Shown here piece by piece: positions 1 through 7,218 of a DNA stretch of 64,000 nucleotides. The notes beneath the pieces were generated by a model that worked only from the letters and a program-made list of their open reading frames with translations, was not told the DNA's origin and did not search any database. Where the stretch lies: NCBI GenBank assembly GCA_965279515.1, contig CBDIID010000003.1, positions 512,001 to 576,000 of the forward strand. The letters are read 5' to 3'. The position numbers and the translations under genes are program-made. The stretch comes from Turneriella sp. Its GTDB lineage: Bacteria > Spirochaetota > Leptospiria > Turneriellales > Turneriellaceae. Every line of letters begins with the position of its first letter. The stretch's first letter is position 1.

Positions 1-2
1 AT

Positions 3-506
3 TTTTCAGAGATCATGCACCAGCCGCGCCGGCTGCTCGAACTGGCCTCGAAAGACGACAACCTGGCGAAGCAGCTGAAAGACGGCGAGGTCACGATGCC
101 CGACGGTACCAGGCTCTCGCTCAAAGAGCTGAAAAAGGAATTCGCCAACGAACTGGTTTCTGAGCTCGAACGGACAAAATCTGATCTAAAGGCGACGAAA
201 AAAGAAGCGCGCGAAAACAAGCAGCTGGCGGAAGAACAAGGCAAAACGCTCGCGCACTACGAAGACTCACTGGCCGAAGGCAACTTCAAGAAGATCACGA
301 AGAAGAAAGAGGTCATGGCGGAGCTCTTCGCGATCGATGCGCAAGCGGCCGACATGGTTAAGCGCCTCGACTCCATCGAATCCGAAGAGCCCGAGGTCGT
401 TTCGCAGCTCGTCAAAACCCTGACCGGCGTGCTCGCCGGATTCTCGCAGGTGCAGAACAAGCACATGCACCTCATTCTATCGGTGACACCTGACTCGAAG
501 AACTGA
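3..506 (+). CDS. Prophage coiled-coil protein upstream of the transposase (5' partial)
   Basis: Frame is open from the window edge (TTT TCA GAG ATC ATG); charged helical sequence; stop 6 bp before the transposase start. Confidence 0.7.
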   Translation, partial: FSEIMHQPRRLLELASKDDNLAKQLKDGEVTMPDGTRLSLKELKKEFANELVSELERTKSDLKATKKEARENKQLAEEQGKTLAHYEDSLAEGNFKKITKKKEVMAELFAIDAQAADMVKRLDSIESEEPEVVSQLVKTLTGVLAGFSQVQNKHMHLILSVTPDSKN

Positions 507-512
507 GGCAAC

Positions 513-2177
513 ATGCACAAGTTGCCGACAGAGATCTTGAAACACGTAAAGGCCGCACACGCCGCCGCTACTCATTCGGAGAAGCGCGCTGTGCTCGGCA
601 AATACGCGAATATGTACGCCACTAGCCCGGCGACGCTATACCGCAAAATCAAAGAACTCGACAAGGCGCCAACGGTCAGATTGCGGCGGTCCGATTACCT
701 GAAACCACGAGTGGCAGACAAAGCCGTCTTCGAAAAGGACATGCAGGTCATCGCGGGCATAATGCGCGCACCGAGCCGCGAAGGCCAGGGCGAATTCTTG
801 GCGGCAGAAACCGCACTCGACTTGGCGATCTCCGAAGAGTTGATCTCCAAAGAATACAACGTGCACACGGTCACTCGATGGCTGTCACGCATGGGCATGA
901 GCCGCCGCGGCTTCCAGACAGAAAAGAAAGCTGTCAAACTTACGGCAGAGCATTCAAACCATGTCTGCCTCGTTGACGCCACGGTTTCGAGGCTCTACTA
1001 TCTGAGCACCACCGGCAAGGTTATTGCCGACTCTTCGATTGCGCGCGACCGCTCGCACGCCGACGATCGCATCAAGCGTCTGGGCCTGAAGAAGATCTGG
1101 CTCTACGTCGCAGTCGATCTTTATTCGAAAGCCTGGTGGTGCCGCGGCTTTGCTGATCTTCACCTCGGGGAAAACGCGGCCGACTATTTCGAATTTTTCC
1201 GCGAATTATTTCTGCCAAAACAGGGCGTCCCGATGCACGGCGTGCCGCGCGTCATTTACTCCGACCCCGGCTCTTCTCTCAAAGGCAAAATGATCGGTCG
1301 CATGTGCGACTACCTCGGCATCAAACTGATTCACCACATGCCACACCATCCGCGCGCGAAAGGGCCGGTCGAAGCGCGCATTCATGCCATACAACGCCAG
1401 GGCGAAGCGCTGCTCGCGCTGCTGCCCAAAGAAGAACGCCCGGCCGACATCGAAGCCTATAACTCTTTCATGCAAGACTTCGCGCGCAAGCACAACGCCA
1501 AATCTGGCGCATGGACTAAGTGGCATCAGAATACGGTCGGCTTAACTACGGTCTCCGAAAGCGACATAATACAATCTGTGGCGGAGCCCTTCACGCGCCT
1601 CATCGACGTGTGGGGATGTATCTCCGTCAACGCCGTTCAGTACGAGGTCGTCGATGGCCAAGAACTCATCGGTCAGCGTGTCGACGTCTGGCGCCGGCTG
1701 AACGGTAGCCTGGTGGTGCAGAGCGTCGATGGCCGGCTCTTTGCCGTGAAAGAAACCGGACCTGTCGAAGTCATCGCTGACGGTACCGACTACCACGGTT
1801 TCAAAAAGACCGAAGGCGAGGCGAACCGCGAGCTGGCAATCCTAGAGAGTAAAAAGTTCCACCGCACCATCTCGCGCGGAGCCGTGGCCCCAAAGAAACA
1901 GCAGGTACTTCACATTCCCGCGGCCGGCACGCCGCTGCAGAAAAACTCTGCGGTACCGCTGGAAGCTTACGAGGACAGCCAGTCGGCCTGGTTGTTTCTT
2001 GCGGAATACACCGGCTACGCCCGCGCCGAACTCTCTGACGAGACCCGCGACAAGATCGATAAATTCTTCGAGATCCTTCTGGGTATGACCCCGCCCGTGA
2101 TTCGCGGCGAAGATCTGATGCGCATCGCCAATTCTCTTAAAAATGATATCGTAAAGGAGCAAAAAAAACATGGATAA
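513..2177 (+). CDS. Mu-like DDE transposase (MuA/rve-type)
   Basis: N-terminal HTH (SPATLYRKI); DDE-core motifs CLVDAT, VAVDLYS, IYSDPGS, HHPRAKGPVE; C-terminal beta-barrel-like RLIDVWGCISVNAVQY. Confidence 0.9.
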   Translation: MHKLPTEILKHVKAAHAAATHSEKRAVLGKYANMYATSPATLYRKIKELDKAPTVRLRRSDYLKPRVADKAVFEKDMQVIAGIMRAPSREGQGEFLAAETALDLAISEELISKEYNVHTVTRWLSRMGMSRRGFQTEKKAVKLTAEHSNHVCLVDATVSRLYYLSTTGKVIADSSIARDRSHADDRIKRLGLKKIWLYVAVDLYSKAWWCRGFADLHLGENAADYFEFFRELFLPKQGVPMHGVPRVIYSDPGSSLKGKMIGRMCDYLGIKLIHHMPHHPRAKGPVEARIHAIQRQGEALLALLPKEERPADIEAYNSFMQDFARKHNAKSGAWTKWHQNTVGLTTVSESDIIQSVAEPFTRLIDVWGCISVNAVQYEVVDGQELIGQRVDVWRRLNGSLVVQSVDGRLFAVKETGPVEVIADGTDYHGFKKTEGEANRELAILESKKFHRTISRGAVAPKKQQVLHIPAAGTPLQKNSAVPLEAYEDSQSAWLFLAEYTGYARAELSDETRDKIDKFFEILLGMTPPVIRGEDLMRIANSLKNDIVKEQKKHG

Positions 2178-3144
2178 GAAACAAGATTTTAGCGCGCTTG
2201 ATAAACTCGGCCTAATCGCCACGAAGTCGTTCGTGACGGCGAACCGCAAGATCAGGAACGCTGTAAAAAACGACACGATGCTGGCGGTGTATGCGACGCC
2301 TGGCATGGGGAAGACAACGATCAACCGCATCACGATCGGCCAGCTCAAAGAGTCGAGCCGGTACGTGGTAACGGAGATTCTCGCGTTCAACGAGTACCAC
2401 AACATCATCGGCTCGATTATCGACCGCATGATCGACGACATGGCGCATGAGAAACCGCGCTATAGTCTGATGGCGCGCATCGAACAGTTCAAGCGCGTGT
2501 TGATGGACACGGTCAAAAAAGGCAAGAAGGTCGTGCTCGTCATCGACGAAGCCCACAGGCTCAGCCGCGACACGCTCTACGGATTGAAGATGATCCACGA
2601 AATCGGGCACAGCTTCGGCCGTGAAAACCTGTTCAGCATCATCTTCTTCGGCCAGCCGCATTTCGCGCAGCTGATCCGCCCGCGTGAGCTCAACCTGCGC
2701 ATCGACCGCCACGAAGTCGAGCCGCTGTCAATGGCAGAGGCCGAAGAATACTTCCGCATGCGCAAGGCGAAGCTCAGCGAGAAGTCGCTGCAGAAAATCG
2801 TGCGCCGCGCGGGCCTCACGCCGCTCGGTCTCAAGCGCGCATGCAACGTACTGCTGGAGATCTCCGGCGGCGATCGCATCACCGACGAAGCGGTACGCCA
2901 GTACACCTCAGGCGATTTCTCCAAGGCACTTTCGAGCATGGGCCTGACGCTCAACCAGCTGGCGGGATTGATTCACCAGCAGACCGGCGAGCGCTACGAC
3001 AAGTCGACGCTCAGCAAAGTCATCAACGGCAACTACGACGGCAAGAAGGGCGAGGAGCTCAGCGACACGATCGGCGACATCCTCGCGCAACGCACAGAGC
3101 AGCCCGCCGGCAAAGGCAAATCGCAGATGAAGATCGCATCTTAA
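2170..3144 (+). CDS. Transposition AAA+ ATPase (MuB/ExeA-like) with C-terminal HTH
   Basis: Walker A ATPGMGKT, Walker B VLVIDEA, IIFFGQ; C-terminal XRE-like LTLNQLA...KSTLSKVING; overlaps the transposase stop. Confidence 0.88.
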   Translation: MDKKQDFSALDKLGLIATKSFVTANRKIRNAVKNDTMLAVYATPGMGKTTINRITIGQLKESSRYVVTEILAFNEYHNIIGSIIDRMIDDMAHEKPRYSLMARIEQFKRVLMDTVKKGKKVVLVIDEAHRLSRDTLYGLKMIHEIGHSFGRENLFSIIFFGQPHFAQLIRPRELNLRIDRHEVEPLSMAEAEEYFRMRKAKLSEKSLQKIVRRAGLTPLGLKRACNVLLEISGGDRITDEAVRQYTSGDFSKALSSMGLTLNQLAGLIHQQTGERYDKSTLSKVINGNYDGKKGEELSDTIGDILAQRTEQPAGKGKSQMKIAS

Positions 3145-3160
3145 AAACCAACAGGAGGCA

Positions 3161-3304
3161 ATGAAGATGAAGAAAAAAACACCGGCCAAGAAAAGGCCAG
3201 CAGCACCGAAGGCCGTGATCGTGAAGAGCAACGAGGACGTTGTCGTCATGAAGAGCGCGCCGAAGGTTAAGAAAACCAAAGCGAAACGTGGGGGTTCCAA
3301 ATGA
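3161..3304 (+). CDS. 47-aa Lys-rich phage protein (not in ORF track)
   Basis: AGGAGG just upstream of ATG; MKMKKKTPAKKRPAAPKAVIVKSNEDVVVMKSAPKVKKTKAKRGGSK; ATGA overlap with gam. Confidence 0.7.
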   Translation: MKMKKKTPAKKRPAAPKAVIVKSNEDVVVMKSAPKVKKTKAKRGGSK

Positions 3305-3852
3305 GACTCGCCACGGATTTACCGAATAACCGGTACGAGAACAAACAGGAGCTCGAGACCGCAATGAAACTACTCGGCGATCTTAACCGTGAGAAGAAGC
3401 GCCTCGAAACCGAGGCGAACGACAAGATCCAAGCAATTCAGGAACGCCTGGGGAAAGCCCTGGAACCACTAGACGCGCGGATCGTGCACATCGCCGACGG
3501 GATCAAATACTTCTGCGACGAAAATCGCGATAAGCTCTTCGGTACCGAGAAGACCCTCGAGCTGGTCACAGGCACATGCAGCTACCGCTCCGGTAAAAAT
3601 TCCGTCGACGGCAAGGGCATGGAGAAACTGATCCAGAAGGTAATTCAGGACGGCAAACTCACGAAGCCAGTGAACTCATTGCAGGCAAGGCTGATGAAGC
3701 TTTTCCTGAACATGAAGATCACAGCCGACAAAGAGCTGATCTTGAAATACCCGAAGCTCGCCAAAAAGCTCGGTTACAAAATCAAAAAAGGCGACGAACT
3801 TCTCTACGTTAAACCCTCACAGGTCGACGCTGAGATCGAAGTAGCTGCGTAA
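3301..3852 (+). CDS. gam: Host-nuclease inhibitor Gam family protein
   Basis: N-terminal coiled coil, then ENRDKLF...KTLELVTGTCSYR typical of Mu Gam; position after the transposition genes. Confidence 0.8.
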   Translation: MRLATDLPNNRYENKQELETAMKLLGDLNREKKRLETEANDKIQAIQERLGKALEPLDARIVHIADGIKYFCDENRDKLFGTEKTLELVTGTCSYRSGKNSVDGKGMEKLIQKVIQDGKLTKPVNSLQARLMKLFLNMKITADKELILKYPKLAKKLGYKIKKGDELLYVKPSQVDAEIEVAA

Positions 3853-3857
3853 GGTTT

Positions 3858-4274
3858 ATGGCTGCGCTTGCCAACAAATCTTCGAAGCAACTTCGCGCAA
3901 TCTATGGCCTGGCGAAAAGCCTGGGCATGGACTCCGAGCTGCTGCACGATACCGTATTTTCTCTGACGAAACGAGCGAGCCTCGCCGACCTCACAAAGGG
4001 TGAGGCGACGCTCGTCGTTAAAACGCTCCTCAAGCATAAGAACCCCACGGCGCTACAACGCGCGAAGGGCAACGTCATCCAACTGGTGACACCTCGCCAG
4101 GTCGAAACGATCCAGGCGCTGGCGGCAAAGATGCTGTGGGGCGATTCTCAGATTGATGCGCTTGCAACGCGTATGTATAAACAACCTTTCCGACGCCTGC
4201 GCGTCAACCAGGCGCAGGGCCTTATCGAGGGCATGAAATCGATACTCGAACGAAAAGGAACGGTAGCATCATGA
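3858..4274 (+). CDS. gemA: Mu GemA/gp16-like protein (DUF1018)
   Basis: KQLRAIYGLAKSLGMD...SLADLT..EA and TPRQ...I..L...QAQGLIEGMK pattern. Confidence 0.8.
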   Translation: MAALANKSSKQLRAIYGLAKSLGMDSELLHDTVFSLTKRASLADLTKGEATLVVKTLLKHKNPTALQRAKGNVIQLVTPRQVETIQALAAKMLWGDSQIDALATRMYKQPFRRLRVNQAQGLIEGMKSILERKGTVAS

Positions 4275-4390
4275 ATAAAAAAATGTGGGATTATCTTGCT
4301 GAAGACTACGAAAACCCGGAGGATCAATTTAACGCGTTTTTCGACTTAGCAGATAAGCGAAAAGCCAGAGCAAGGCGGCGCCGTAAATGA
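4271..4390 (+). CDS. 39-aa phage protein (not in ORF track)
   Basis: MNKKMWDYLAEDYENPEDQFNAFFDLADKRKARARRRRK; ATGA overlaps at both ends exactly fill the gap. Confidence 0.65.
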   Translation: MNKKMWDYLAEDYENPEDQFNAFFDLADKRKARARRRRK

Positions 4391-4722
4391 CGGCCATCAT
4401 CGATTCAGTAGATCTCGGGGCCGGGCCGATTTATTCGGCCCGGATCGTGGGCCTTACGGTCTCCGAAGCCGATTTCCTGAAGTCGCTCTGCGACACAGTA
4501 AAGCGCGATCAGATGGAACTTCCGCAGCACTCGAACCACGAAGTGATTCTCGATGCGGCGATGAAGCTCTGCGACCAATTCGGCAAAGACGATCCAGAAT
4601 ACACGACCGCGGCCGTACGCTTAGCCGCGCTATCGCTGCAGGCAGTGCGCCTGGCTGCGCTGTCACTGCGGATCGCAACCGAAGGCGAAGAGGCGTTCGA
4701 TATCTCCAGGGGGCGCGAATGA
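4387..4722 (+). CDS. Phage hypothetical protein with an internal 10-aa duplication
   Basis: 111-aa ORF with ATGA overlaps on both sides. Confidence 0.7.
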   Translation: MTAIIDSVDLGAGPIYSARIVGLTVSEADFLKSLCDTVKRDQMELPQHSNHEVILDAAMKLCDQFGKDDPEYTTAAVRLAALSLQAVRLAALSLRIATEGEEAFDISRGRE

Positions 4723-5204
4723 AAAAATCCGCATTCATTTCCGATTGCGGCAAGTATCGATATGTACTCCACAGAAAGTGGGGCATCGATGAGAAAAACT
4801 TCGTCGCTTTCGTTATGCTGAACCCGAGCACTGCTGATGCTCGCGTCGACGATCCGACAATTCGCCGATGTATAGATTTCTCTCAGCGGTGGGGTTTCGA
4901 CGCGCTGGCGGTGGTTAATCTATTCGCATTTCGTGCAACTGATCCACGAGATCTTCGTAAAACCGACGATCCTATCGGACCAAAGAACGATGATTTTCTA
5001 CAGACAATTACCCGGTCTGCGAAAATGACAATCGCCGCTTGGGGCACCAAGGGTAATTTCATGGATCGAGACCAGAGTTGCGGAAAGTTTCTGCCTTTCC
5101 TGTATTGCCTCGAACTCACGAAGGATGAAATGCCAAAGCATCCGCTCTACGTGAAGAAAGACACGAGGCCGCAGCCCTTCGGCAGAATCGGGGGTAAGTT
5201 ATGA
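4719..5204 (+). CDS. DUF1643 domain protein
   Basis: SDCGKYRY.L.R.W, FVMLNPSTAD...DDPTIRRC, VNLFAFRATDP, AAWG, PKHPLY. Confidence 0.9.
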   Translation: MKKSAFISDCGKYRYVLHRKWGIDEKNFVAFVMLNPSTADARVDDPTIRRCIDFSQRWGFDALAVVNLFAFRATDPRDLRKTDDPIGPKNDDFLQTITRSAKMTIAAWGTKGNFMDRDQSCGKFLPFLYCLELTKDEMPKHPLYVKKDTRPQPFGRIGGKL

Positions 5205-5413
5205 AAACCTTCAAAGGCAGAATCAGCATCCAACGCCGCGACATGATCCAGGTAAACTCGCCGTTCAAAATCGAAGCGATCGGCCTGCCCGAAGCGCTGC
5301 TGGAACTCTTCCGCCGCGAAGGACAACGCGGCGCGATCATGGGATTTTCGATCACGGACATCAATCTGAAAAAGGCACGCGCGAAGTTTCTCAAAGAGGA
5401 GTACAACAAGTGA
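5201..5413 (+). CDS. Phage hypothetical protein
   Basis: 70-aa ORF in the overlap chain. Confidence 0.65.
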   Translation: MKTFKGRISIQRRDMIQVNSPFKIEAIGLPEALLELFRREGQRGAIMGFSITDINLKKARAKFLKEEYNK

Positions 5414-5568
5414 GCTACCATTCAGATCAATGGGATGTATGCCCCGAATGCGGATCGGATGATATCTACGCTTCTGAGGATACCGATAGTGCGGACGACA
5501 CCGACCTTTACCAGTTTTGCGAAAGCTGCGGTCACACAGATCTTGAGGATATCGACGATGAGTATTGA
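5410..5568 (+). CDS. 52-aa acidic Zn-ribbon protein (not in ORF track)
   Basis: GTG overlapping the previous TGA; CPECGS...CESCGH, strongly Asp-rich. Confidence 0.7.
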   Translation: MSYHSDQWDVCPECGSDDIYASEDTDSADDTDLYQFCESCGHTDLEDIDDEY

Positions 5569-5770
5569 GAAGAAACCGCGCCGCCGCGGGCCAATGCCTG
5601 GCGAGCAGCGCTGCAAGCCGGGAGAAAAAAAGCGCATCGACGAATGGTGGGAACGCCTGAAGAAGAAACACGCTGGCAAATCCCGCCTGAAGAAATCCAT
5701 CAAGCCACCGATCTTTCTGAATTTCCCAGAGCTACGCAAGAAGAGAGCAGCGAAGGCTGGTGAAGAATGA
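5558..5770 (+). CDS. Basic phage hypothetical protein
   Basis: MSIEKKPRRR...; start moved from 5435 to ATG 5558 because the upstream part is occupied by the Zn-ribbon gene. Confidence 0.6.
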   Translation: MSIEKKPRRRGPMPGEQRCKPGEKKRIDEWWERLKKKHAGKSRLKKSIKPPIFLNFPELRKKRAAKAGEE

Positions 5771-5985
5771 GACAGATCAGCGGCACAATTAAAGCCAACG
5801 CCACGCGCTCCCGCAACGGCGCCAAGTGGAACGAGATCACGATCGACGTCGACGGCAAAGGCGAGCGCGACTACATCCACAAGGCAACGATCCGCGGCGT
5901 GAAGGCATACGCCGATGCGCGCGGCGCTGACCAGGTGCAGGATCTGGTCGGAACCACGATCACACTGGAGTTCGAAGAGAAATGA
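5767..5985 (+). CDS. Phage hypothetical protein (OB-fold-like beta pattern)
   Basis: 72-aa ORF with ATGA overlaps. Confidence 0.65.
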   Translation: MRQISGTIKANATRSRNGAKWNEITIDVDGKGERDYIHKATIRGVKAYADARGADQVQDLVGTTITLEFEEK

Positions 5986-6149
5986 AGATCCTCTGCACCC
6001 GTTGTGGTAACGCGTTCAGCAACGCATCCGGCCCGTGCTGCGGCAATTGCGGCCAAAATAGCCGATCAATACTTGAGCGGTTATCCACGAGGATTTCGAC
6101 CGAGTTTTGGATCTTACGATCAAAGGTGCGTACATGGCTAAGCCGATAG
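5982..6149 (+). CDS. 55-aa Zn-ribbon protein (not in ORF track)
   Basis: MKILCTRCGNAFSNASGPCCGNCGQ...; ATGA overlap with the previous ORF. Confidence 0.65.
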   Translation: MKILCTRCGNAFSNASGPCCGNCGQNSRSILERLSTRISTEFWILRSKVRTWLSR

Positions 6150-6382
6150 AGATCCTGGGCGCCGAAGGCTACGCCGAGCTCCGCGAGCAGGCCAGGGAAG
6201 CAATCAACGATGCGCTGATCCTGATCCAGGGGAATAATAGCAACTACGAGTGCAACGGCAGGCTGCGCATCCGCAGCATCCCGACGCACATCGAGTACGA
6301 ATTCGACGGCGTTCCCTTTAAGGCGTTCCTGGCCTCGCGCTCTCCAGATGAGACGGCAGGCGCAGCACCATCACGGCGGTAA
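6134..6382 (+). CDS. Phage hypothetical protein
   Basis: ATG at 6134 preceded by AAAGGTG. Confidence 0.65.
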   Translation: MAKPIEILGAEGYAELREQAREAINDALILIQGNNSNYECNGRLRIRSIPTHIEYEFDGVPFKAFLASRSPDETAGAAPSRR

Positions 6383-6384
6383 CA

Positions 6385-6606
6385 ATGGGGATCCAGGCGA
6401 AACTCTTCGAGGATCTGCAGGAGAATAAAGCCATCGCCGCGCGGCACAAGCAAGCCGTCGCCGATCGTGAGGTTGCGCGGTGGTTGATGCGAGCTTTCGA
6501 CGACGAGCGCGATGAAATAGTCGACCTCATGCAGTATGACAACATGACGCTTTACGAAGCAATAAAATTCTGTATGGAGAATCCACGCGACGAGGACTGC
6601 TGGTGA
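6385..6606 (+). CDS. Phage hypothetical protein
   Basis: 73-aa ORF in the chain. Confidence 0.65.
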   Translation: MGIQAKLFEDLQENKAIAARHKQAVADREVARWLMRAFDDERDEIVDLMQYDNMTLYEAIKFCMENPRDEDCW

Positions 6607-6974
6607 ATACCGACGAACCTGAATTCACCGGTGTCGGGTTGAAGGTTTTACAGGAGGAAGAAGCCAGAGACCGTCGCCATCCATTCAACAGCTTCACATT
6701 TATCGGCCCTTGGGAATGCTGGTCTTGCCTCTGGCATTCCTTTCTGCCGACCGTTGGGGAATTTCTCCGGACCTGCGAATGGGCGAAGTCCTATGTATGG
6801 GGATCTGGTGGATACCCAGAGAAGCATCGCAAGGAGCATTACGATCACGCGCGCTGCATATGGTGCGGCGCCGGCTCCGCGAGGCTTATTGATTCTCTCC
6901 AGGGCAAGAAGAACAGGGGGAGCATCCCTCATGATCGTTTAACTCGCAAATCAAAGCAGGTCGTCGTTCGGTAA
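6603..6974 (+). CDS. Phage protein with two CxxC pairs
   Basis: ECWSC...RCIWC; GTGA overlap; last ORF before the candidate end. Confidence 0.6.
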   Translation: MNTDEPEFTGVGLKVLQEEEARDRRHPFNSFTFIGPWECWSCLWHSFLPTVGEFLRTCEWAKSYVWGSGGYPEKHRKEHYDHARCIWCGAGSARLIDSLQGKKNRGSIPHDRLTRKSKQVVVR

Positions 6975-7020
6975 TATGCCCGATTTCAGAATAAAAGGAA
7001 ACGGTTCTTCTGCCACCAGC

Positions 7021-7163
7021 AGACAAAACGTCTCGTTTCCTGTCGACGCCAGCCGTCAAGTCTCGACAAAAACATGTCAAAAATAGCCGATTTTCCTCGG
7101 TTTCCGTTCGATATTTGTCTCATTTAATTAGCTTTTTGTCTGTAACTATATCGAGGGGGGACA
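7021..7163. repeat. Candidate transposable-phage end with subterminal GACAAA repeats
   Basis: Bottom strand starts TGTCCCCCCTCG at 7163; AGACAAA at 7141-7135 and 7120-7114 (21-bp spacing); opposite-orientation GACAAAA at 7022 and 7065. Confidence 0.45.
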
Positions 7164-7180
7164 GAGGGAAACTCCATGTT

Positions 7181-7218
7181 CCCCTCTCCCTATAAGGGAG
7201 AAGGGCCGGGGGTGTGGG
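7181..7218. repeat. REP-like CCCTCTCCC/GGGAGAAGGG palindrome
   Basis: CCCCTCTCCC-TATAA-GGGAGAAGGG-CCGGGGGTGTGGG; related copy at 56340-56375. Confidence 0.55.

Larger units (their letters stand above)
1..7163 (+). mobile_element. Mu-like transposable prophage, early/replication arm (rest of the element lies left of the window)
   Basis: DDE transposase + AAA ATPase + Gam + GemA + DUF1643 + many small co-oriented ORFs joined by ATGA/GTGA overlaps; host housekeeping genes resume at yggS (7190). The right boundary is inferred from a CA end with subterminal repeats. Confidence 0.8.

Noticed and set aside
513..3144. Tn7/CAST (TnsB-TnsC) interpretation
   Set aside because: No TniQ/TnsD, Cas genes or array in the window; gam and gemA indicate a transposable phage.
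4387..4722. MazG-like nucleotide pyrophosphatase call
   Set aside because: The C-terminal helix is reminiscent, but the EExxE metal-binding motif is not present.
5435..5557. N-terminal extension of the listed 5435-5770 ORF
   Set aside because: Overlaps a better-supported Zn-ribbon ORF (5410-5568) that keeps the overlap chain intact.
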